Source of the DNA: a virus
Direction: 5' to 3' (one strand)
Length of the DNA stretch: 64,000 nucleotides
Virus record (IMG/VR): IMGVR_UViG_3300037458_001730
Coordinates: 32,056 to 96,055 of that record
In this document: in pieces, positions 58,507-64,000 of the stretch
Position numbering within the stretch: position 1 is the first letter of the stretch
How the letters are laid out: the number at the start of each line of letters is the position of its first letter
The notes under the pieces: model-generated
Told to the model about the DNA's origin: nothing
Databases searched by the model: none
The model's input: the letters and a program-made list of their open reading frames with translations, nothing else
Program-made: the position numbers and the translations under genes

Positions 58507-60630
58507 ATGTCGTTTAATCCAAATATACCAGGTCATAAAATTTATGGAAACATAGAGTTAACTGGCGGTTCTATTTACGCAAGTTCTTTGTCTGGTGGAA
58601 CGATATATTCTGGGTCAACTCCATTAAATCAAATATTTGCAACAACTGGAAACACATTTTTACCAACAAATCAAATTGGGTTTGGAAGTGCTTTTTCTGG
58701 TTTATCAGGTTCAAGTGGATTTACTTATAATGATGTATCAAAAGTATTTGCTGTATCACCAACAACTTTCTCTTTTAGGGTTACAGATTGGATTGGTTAT
58801 GTTGGTGTTTATATGCAAGATAACGCCACAACATTAACACCATTTAATTATACATTAACAAGCGATGGTCCAAATACATATATTAACGCCCCATCTTCGC
58901 TTGGAGCAATAAAGTTTGTGGTTGGCGGAAATGCTTTAAGAGCAACAATTGACGATTTAATAACTTATGTTTATACTGGTTTTTATACCCATTCAGCAAG
59001 GACAAATTCTTTGTCCGCAGCAACTTTAACAGGCGGTTCAATAAATACACAATCAAACCAATTTGTTGTAAATGTTGGACAAGTAAATGATTCGATAAAA
59101 GTAAATTCAAATGGTTTAATTGAGTTCAACCCTAACAATTCTGTAACCAGAAATTATAATTATTTCAATACAGATTATTTAAGTAAACCTAGTGGCCAAA
59201 TTCTTTATTTCCTTGAAGAAAATTTATCATATAATCAAGGTTACATAACTTATGGTAGCAGTGTAGGTGGTGGTATATTTAATTGGTTGGGCGCTTTTTC
59301 TGCAGCAACTTTATCAGCTGAAACTGGAAATATTAGGAGCGGTCTAACAATTGGTCATGTTGATAATGGTAGAGCTTATGTTGGTACAAGCCCAGGTTCT
59401 CCAAATTTTAGAATAGTGGTTGAAAAACCTGGGTTTGGTTTGCATTTAAACACCAATTCAACTTATGGGTTGTACTTAGCAGATTCTGGTTCACAAACTT
59501 TTGTTGGTCAGTTTTCCTTATACAATTCAACACCATCACTTTCAACTCTTGCATTTGCAACTGCTGCTGGTTATGATTACGACACAAATGTAAGTCATAA
59601 ACCACTTTCTGCAATTAGTGTAAGTGCTGAAACAGCATTTATTCGTGGTGCTAATAGTTTATATAACTTTAGACATGGCAGTCTTTTGATGGGTCCAGAT
59701 TCTGGGGGTAATTATTTGTGGAGAGCTGATCAACCTAATGCTTTACCAATAATTGGTTTTGCAACTTATTTTGGAGGAACTACATACCCAGCTTGGTTTA
59801 GAAGTAATTCTGCTAGTTTTGGTAGCACAACGTTGCAATCTTTAAACGTAGGCGCATATGTAAATATTGCTGGCTCTGTTTCTAATAGAGCATCTTTAGA
59901 AATTGACTCTGGTTCAACTGTATCCAACCCTTATGATGGCGATATATGGAATGATGGTCAACATTTGTATGGAAAATTTGGTGGAGTTGTAAGACAATTA
60001 GATAATGACAATGGTAGCGGTACAACATTTGTTCAACCAAATCAAATAGCATATGGTTCATCTGGTTCAGGTGTAACATATTCTAGTGGTTTAACTTATT
60101 CTAATGGTGGTGTTACTATTACAAGTCCGTATACTTCTGTTTTAAGAGTTGTAGGTTCTGGAACAACTCAACCAATATTCTCAGTTCAGGGTTCACAGGG
60201 TGAACTGTTTTCTGTTACAGATGATTTAAGTGGTTCTTTATTTTCTGTAAACGATATTTCTGGTTTACCAATTGTAGAAGTGTTTTCTGATGGCACAACT
60301 TTAATGGGTGATTATCAAGCTCCAGGTTTATATACATCTAAAAACAAAACATTAACAGCTGGTACAAACACAATATATTTTATACCAACAAGTGCTTATA
60401 CTGGAGCATTTTTTGACTATACGGTTATTGGCACATCTGGTGCTAGAGCTGGAAGTATTATGTCTATATGGAGTGGTGTATCGGTTAATTACACAGAGGT
60501 AACAACAAATGATATAGGTCAAACAAGTGGTGTGACATTTACAATGTCTATAAGTGGTTCTTATGCTGTGCTTAACGCATCTGGATCAACAAGTGGTTGG
60601 ATAGTGAAAACAATAATAAGATCAATATAA
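58507..60630 (+). CDS. Fibre-like virion protein
   Basis: Shares modules with 51901; C-terminal GSQGELFSVTD.LSGSLFSVNDISGLP and GAFFDY..RAG domain; TATTTATA at 58474-58481. Confidence 0.7.
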   Translation: MSFNPNIPGHKIYGNIELTGGSIYASSLSGGTIYSGSTPLNQIFATTGNTFLPTNQIGFGSAFSGLSGSSGFTYNDVSKVFAVSPTTFSFRVTDWIGYVGVYMQDNATTLTPFNYTLTSDGPNTYINAPSSLGAIKFVVGGNALRATIDDLITYVYTGFYTHSARTNSLSAATLTGGSINTQSNQFVVNVGQVNDSIKVNSNGLIEFNPNNSVTRNYNYFNTDYLSKPSGQILYFLEENLSYNQGYITYGSSVGGGIFNWLGAFSAATLSAETGNIRSGLTIGHVDNGRAYVGTSPGSPNFRIVVEKPGFGLHLNTNSTYGLYLADSGSQTFVGQFSLYNSTPSLSTLAFATAAGYDYDTNVSHKPLSAISVSAETAFIRGANSLYNFRHGSLLMGPDSGGNYLWRADQPNALPIIGFATYFGGTTYPAWFRSNSASFGSTTLQSLNVGAYVNIAGSVSNRASLEIDSGSTVSNPYDGDIWNDGQHLYGKFGGVVRQLDNDNGSGTTFVQPNQIAYGSSGSGVTYSSGLTYSNGGVTITSPYTSVLRVVGSGTTQPIFSVQGSQGELFSVTDDLSGSLFSVNDISGLPIVEVFSDGTTLMGDYQAPGLYTSKNKTLTAGTNTIYFIPTSAYTGAFFDYTVIGTSGARAGSIMSIWSGVSVNYTEVTTNDIGQTSGVTFTMSISGSYAVLNASGSTSGWIVKTIIRSI

Positions 60631-60632
60631 AA

Positions 60633-61370
60633 ATGGGTTTTCATTATTCGCCAAAAATAATTAAAGACGGATTAGTAGCTTGTTTTGATGCAGGAAACAC
60701 GAGAAGTTATCCTGGTAGTGATTATACTTGGACTGATATAAGTAAAGGAGAAAATCATGCGATAATAAACCCAGGAGGTGTAGCTTTTGATTCTGGAAAT
60801 GGAGGTAATTTAGTTTTTACAGGAATTTTTGCAGATTATATTACCGTATCAGATACAACGTTGAGAAGTTTGTTTAGTAATACTGATACTAAGCATAGTA
60901 TTTCTTTTTGGTTAAAAAGCACAACTTTCGCAGTTTCAGGGGGAGTACAAATATTGTTTAATGTATATAGCACTGGTTATAGTGGTGGAAGAAGTTTTGG
61001 TACGTATAATAACGGCGGCTCTTTTGAAATATTTTCAAATATGTTTCAAGCTCCAACTAATTATGCTGCTAAAGCGATTGATTTTAATAATTTTTTTAAT
61101 CGCATAGTTAATTTACATTTTCAATGGAATGGATTAAACTATGATATTTACGCAAATGGTGTTTTACAAACTGTGCTATCATCAAATGATCTTACAACAA
61201 CGGGGCTTGCTCTATTTGATTCGCCAATAACTATAGGTGCTGATGCCTCTATATTTGGAAATCCACATTTTATAGGCAATTTATATCAAGTTCTTTTTTA
61301 CGATAGAGAATTAACTTCAGATGAAATTTTAAGAAATTATAATACAACGAAGGGGAGGTTTGGGTTATGA
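60633..61370 (+). CDS. LamG-domain protein
   Basis: Start re-assigned to 60633 (MGFHYSPKI). DGLVACFDAGN..SYPG..WTDIS and YDRELTSDEILRNYN..KGRFGL. Confidence 0.85.
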   Translation: MGFHYSPKIIKDGLVACFDAGNTRSYPGSDYTWTDISKGENHAIINPGGVAFDSGNGGNLVFTGIFADYITVSDTTLRSLFSNTDTKHSISFWLKSTTFAVSGGVQILFNVYSTGYSGGRSFGTYNNGGSFEIFSNMFQAPTNYAAKAIDFNNFFNRIVNLHFQWNGLNYDIYANGVLQTVLSSNDLTTTGLALFDSPITIGADASIFGNPHFIGNLYQVLFYDRELTSDEILRNYNTTKGRFGL

Positions 61371-62056
61371 GTACAGTAAGTGGGGGTCCATACATAAAAA
61401 AAGACTTAATTGGGTATTGGTCACTAAATGGTAATTCTAATGATTTAGTTGGTGGTAATAATGGCACTGATACTGCTATATCTTATGTGTCTGGAAAAGT
61501 TGGTCAGGGGGCAAGTTTTAATGGATCTTCTAGTCAAATATCAATACCTTATAAAACAATTTTTGATTTTACAGATGGATCAAATGATTTGCCGTTTAGT
61601 TTTTCTTTTTGGCTTTATAATTCAGGGGGAAACAACTTGCAATGGATAATTAGTAAAAGAACGCAAAATAATAGTTGGCAAATTACAATGTTTAATAAAC
61701 AATTAGGTGTAGCATTTTTTACAACCAACTCTAATTATATTAATAATACAACTGTAAATACAATATCTGATAATGTTTGGACGCACGTGTCAATTACATA
61801 CAATGGAAATAAAACAAATAATGGAATTTTAATTTATTTTAATAGCATATTACAAAATATAACCACAGGAAATGTGGGTAATTATACAGGTATGGCTATT
61901 GAATTTCAAAATGTGGTAATTGGTAATGCACTCATTGGTGGTAGTTATTATTTAAATGGTAATTTAGATGAAGTAACAATGTGGAGTAGAGTCTTAACCC
62001 AATCAGAAATAAATGGCCTCTATAACAACGGAAACGGTTTAAGTTTAAGGGTATAA
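61367..62056 (+). CDS. LamG-domain protein
   Basis: LIGYWSLNGNSND, WTHV, GNLDEVTMWSRVL. Confidence 0.85.
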   Translation: MSTVSGGPYIKKDLIGYWSLNGNSNDLVGGNNGTDTAISYVSGKVGQGASFNGSSSQISIPYKTIFDFTDGSNDLPFSFSFWLYNSGGNNLQWIISKRTQNNSWQITMFNKQLGVAFFTTNSNYINNTTVNTISDNVWTHVSITYNGNKTNNGILIYFNSILQNITTGNVGNYTGMAIEFQNVVIGNALIGGSYYLNGNLDEVTMWSRVLTQSEINGLYNNGNGLSLRV

Positions 62057-62061
62057 ATAAT

Positions 62062-63372
62062 ATGGCAGGAAGAGTAGCATATATAGGTGGAATCATTACA
62101 AATGGATTAATTCTAAATTTAGATGCAGCGAAAGAAGATTCGTATCCAAAGCAGGGAGCAAATTGGAATGATATCTCTGGAAATAGAAACAGTGGAGTTT
62201 TAAATGGAACTGTTGTTTATAATAATTCAGATAAATCAATTGCGTTTGGGGCAAACGTGGGCGATTATATCACTCTTCCAAATGGTTTACTATATGGTGT
62301 ATCAGATTTTACAATAAATCAATGGATTAAATCGGATGGCGACACTACCCTCGACCAATATACAACATTTACTAATTACCCTGCAGGTAATTTACAGGTG
62401 TTATATGGAAAATACTTTATAGGTTTATATCTTGGTAATAATGAAGCATATTTAGGGGCAGCTCCATGGAACACTTTGCTTACAGAATTTAATACCAGAG
62501 CAAACATGATCACTGTTTTGAGATTTGGAACTACAACTCAAGTTTATTTAAATGGTCTTTTAGTTAAAACAGGTACCTCTAATGCTACAATAGGAACACA
62601 AAGCTCTGCTTTTAGAATTGGTGCAAATACTGATGGTGGTGAAAGATATAAGGGAAAAATTTATTCTACTCAAGTTTATAATCGCGCTTTGTCAGCAGCA
62701 GAAATTTTACAAAACTACAATACTTTAAAGGGTCGTTATGGATTAGCAACATTCCCTGCAAATTTATTAGCTTCACTAGTTTCAAGATGGAAGCTTGATG
62801 GCAATAGTTTAGATTCAGTGGGAACTAACAATGGAACGAACACTTCAATAACGTATGTACCAGGTACAAATTTTGAAGGTAAGGCTGCTGAATTTGATGG
62901 CGCTAATTCTTATATAAATGTTGCAGATAATACAAGTTTAAATTTTGGAACTGGTGATTTTACAGTATCAGCCTGGGTTTATCCTTATGTTGTTAATTAT
63001 GCTTTGGATAAAGCAGGTACGATTATAACCAAAGACTTTACAGCCTATGAATTTTCTGTATATGAAGGTCAAATTGCTGCTTATATAGGCGGATCTGGTA
63101 TTCTTGCTGGGTCAGTTTCTATAAATAATTGGTATCATGTTGTTTTGTTGAGAATCTCTGGTGTTGTTAAGATGTATATTAACGCAATTGAGGTGCATTC
63201 TTCTACTATAACAACTTCAGCATCTAGTGGATATGATTTTCAAATTGGGATAAGAGGTACCAATCCAACAAACAGCAAAATGAATGGAAGAATAGACGAT
63301 GTTTGTGTTTGGAAAAACAGGGGACTAAACGAAGAAGAGGTTTCACAACTTTATAAATACTATAATTCATAA
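62062..63372 (+). CDS. Tandem LamG-domain protein
   Basis: GLILNLDAA..SYP...YNRALSAAEILQNYN, then LVSRWKLDGNSLD...GRIDDVCVW. Confidence 0.85.
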   Translation: MAGRVAYIGGIITNGLILNLDAAKEDSYPKQGANWNDISGNRNSGVLNGTVVYNNSDKSIAFGANVGDYITLPNGLLYGVSDFTINQWIKSDGDTTLDQYTTFTNYPAGNLQVLYGKYFIGLYLGNNEAYLGAAPWNTLLTEFNTRANMITVLRFGTTTQVYLNGLLVKTGTSNATIGTQSSAFRIGANTDGGERYKGKIYSTQVYNRALSAAEILQNYNTLKGRYGLATFPANLLASLVSRWKLDGNSLDSVGTNNGTNTSITYVPGTNFEGKAAEFDGANSYINVADNTSLNFGTGDFTVSAWVYPYVVNYALDKAGTIITKDFTAYEFSVYEGQIAAYIGGSGILAGSVSINNWYHVVLLRISGVVKMYINAIEVHSSTITTSASSGYDFQIGIRGTNPTNSKMNGRIDDVCVWKNRGLNEEEVSQLYKYYNS

Positions 63373-63445
63373 ATCAGATTAAAACAAACAGTTTTAAAAT
63401 AAAATTTTAATATTTATTGATAACCTGGAAAGTGAAAGGTGAAAA

Positions 63446-64000
63446 ATGAATGAATTTAAGGTCAAAAATGGTCTCATTGTTAATGGGGATACAACATTAA
63501 ATGGTGTTGTATATTATAGTGGCGCACCATTAACTCAAATATTTGCAACAACTGGGTCGACATTTGTTCAACCAAATGAGGTTCTTTTTGGTTCAGGGAC
63601 ATCTGGTTTAACTGGTTCATCATCGCTCTCATTTGATAATCACGCCCTTTCAAATACGATTGGTAGATTAAATGTTGGTAATTCCACAAATAGAACTGGG
63701 CAAATAGATTTGTATAATTATACAACCCCAACTAATTACTTAAGGATTGAAGGTGGTGCTGATTCATATATAACACAATTTGGGGGTGGTGATATTTATT
63801 TTAGAAATTATTTAGGCAATCACTCGCTTGTATTACAAGTTAATAACACTGTTAGGGCTTTAAATTTTTCAGCCACCACACTTTCAGCTGGGACTTTATA
63901 TTCTGGAACAACCAATCTTTATAACATATTTGCAACACAAGGCGCATCTGGAGAGGCAAATACAGCGAGCAATGTGAACGGTGTTCCATTGGGAACAAGT
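63446..64000 (+). CDS. Fibre-like virion protein, partial (runs off the right edge)
   Basis: Not in the track. MNEFKVKNGLIVNGDTTLNGVVYYSGAPLTQIFATTGSTFVQPNEVLFGSGTSGLTGS... is open to the end; TATTTATT at 63411-63418. Confidence 0.8.
   Translation, partial: MNEFKVKNGLIVNGDTTLNGVVYYSGAPLTQIFATTGSTFVQPNEVLFGSGTSGLTGSSSLSFDNHALSNTIGRLNVGNSTNRTGQIDLYNYTTPTNYLRIEGGADSYITQFGGGDIYFRNYLGNHSLVLQVNNTVRALNFSATTLSAGTLYSGTTNLYNIFATQGASGEANTASNVNGVPLGTS

Noticed and set aside
1-64000. Stop-codon reassignment, as in some jumbo phages
   Set aside because: Code 11 gives dense, full-length genes, and TAG and TGA terminate conserved proteins at their expected ends (gmd with TAG, sheath with TGA).
1-64000. Eukaryotic giant virus origin, suggested by AT-richness and glycosylation genes
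   Set aside because: T4-type gp23, gp21, sheath and tube genes, intrinsic terminators and coupled operons indicate a tailed bacteriophage.
51901-64000. Diversity-generating retroelement acting on the fibre/LamG genes
   Set aside because: No reverse transcriptase in the window, and the repeated block at about 52861/59935 differs mostly at synonymous positions rather than only at adenines.

Overview
This AT-rich 64-kb window is part of a large T4-like (myovirus, jumbo-type) phage genome in the standard genetic code. The host is probably a Bacteroidota member: there are TTTG-N20-TAnnTTTG promoters, A-rich leaders without Shine-Dalgarno sites, and a signal peptide following the Q-rule. Left arm (1-24.5 kb, - strand): a gp55-like sigma factor, a vWA protein, a T5-A1-like phosphoesterase and a ~20-gene glycan cluster. 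That cluster holds Gmd, a ColD-like 3-dehydratase, two Fcl-like reductases, GT11, GT10, GT2, GT4 and GT9-like transferases, a carbamoyltransferase, and a truncated neck-protein paralog. Middle and right: head genes (internal proteins, gp21 protease, scaffold, gp23), neck gp13/gp14, gp15, sheath gp18, an inverted tail-tube gene, two homing-endonuclease-like insertions, and modular fibre/LamG genes. Best leads: (1) an [S/T]-[G/A]-x-T motif strongly enriched in virion proteins beside the glycosyltransferase cluster, a candidate phage-encoded virion O-glycosylation system; (2) a 390-bp non-coding locus with a host promoter, a G5AG6 tract, three iterons and an AT-rich stretch, a candidate R-loop-primed origin or ncRNA; (3) a TATTTAT(A/T) late-promoter motif that is the reverse complement of the T4 late promoter; (4) a secreted Trp/Tyr-rich peptide gene frameshifted in an A8 tract. 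All calls come from reading the sequence by eye; no searches were run.
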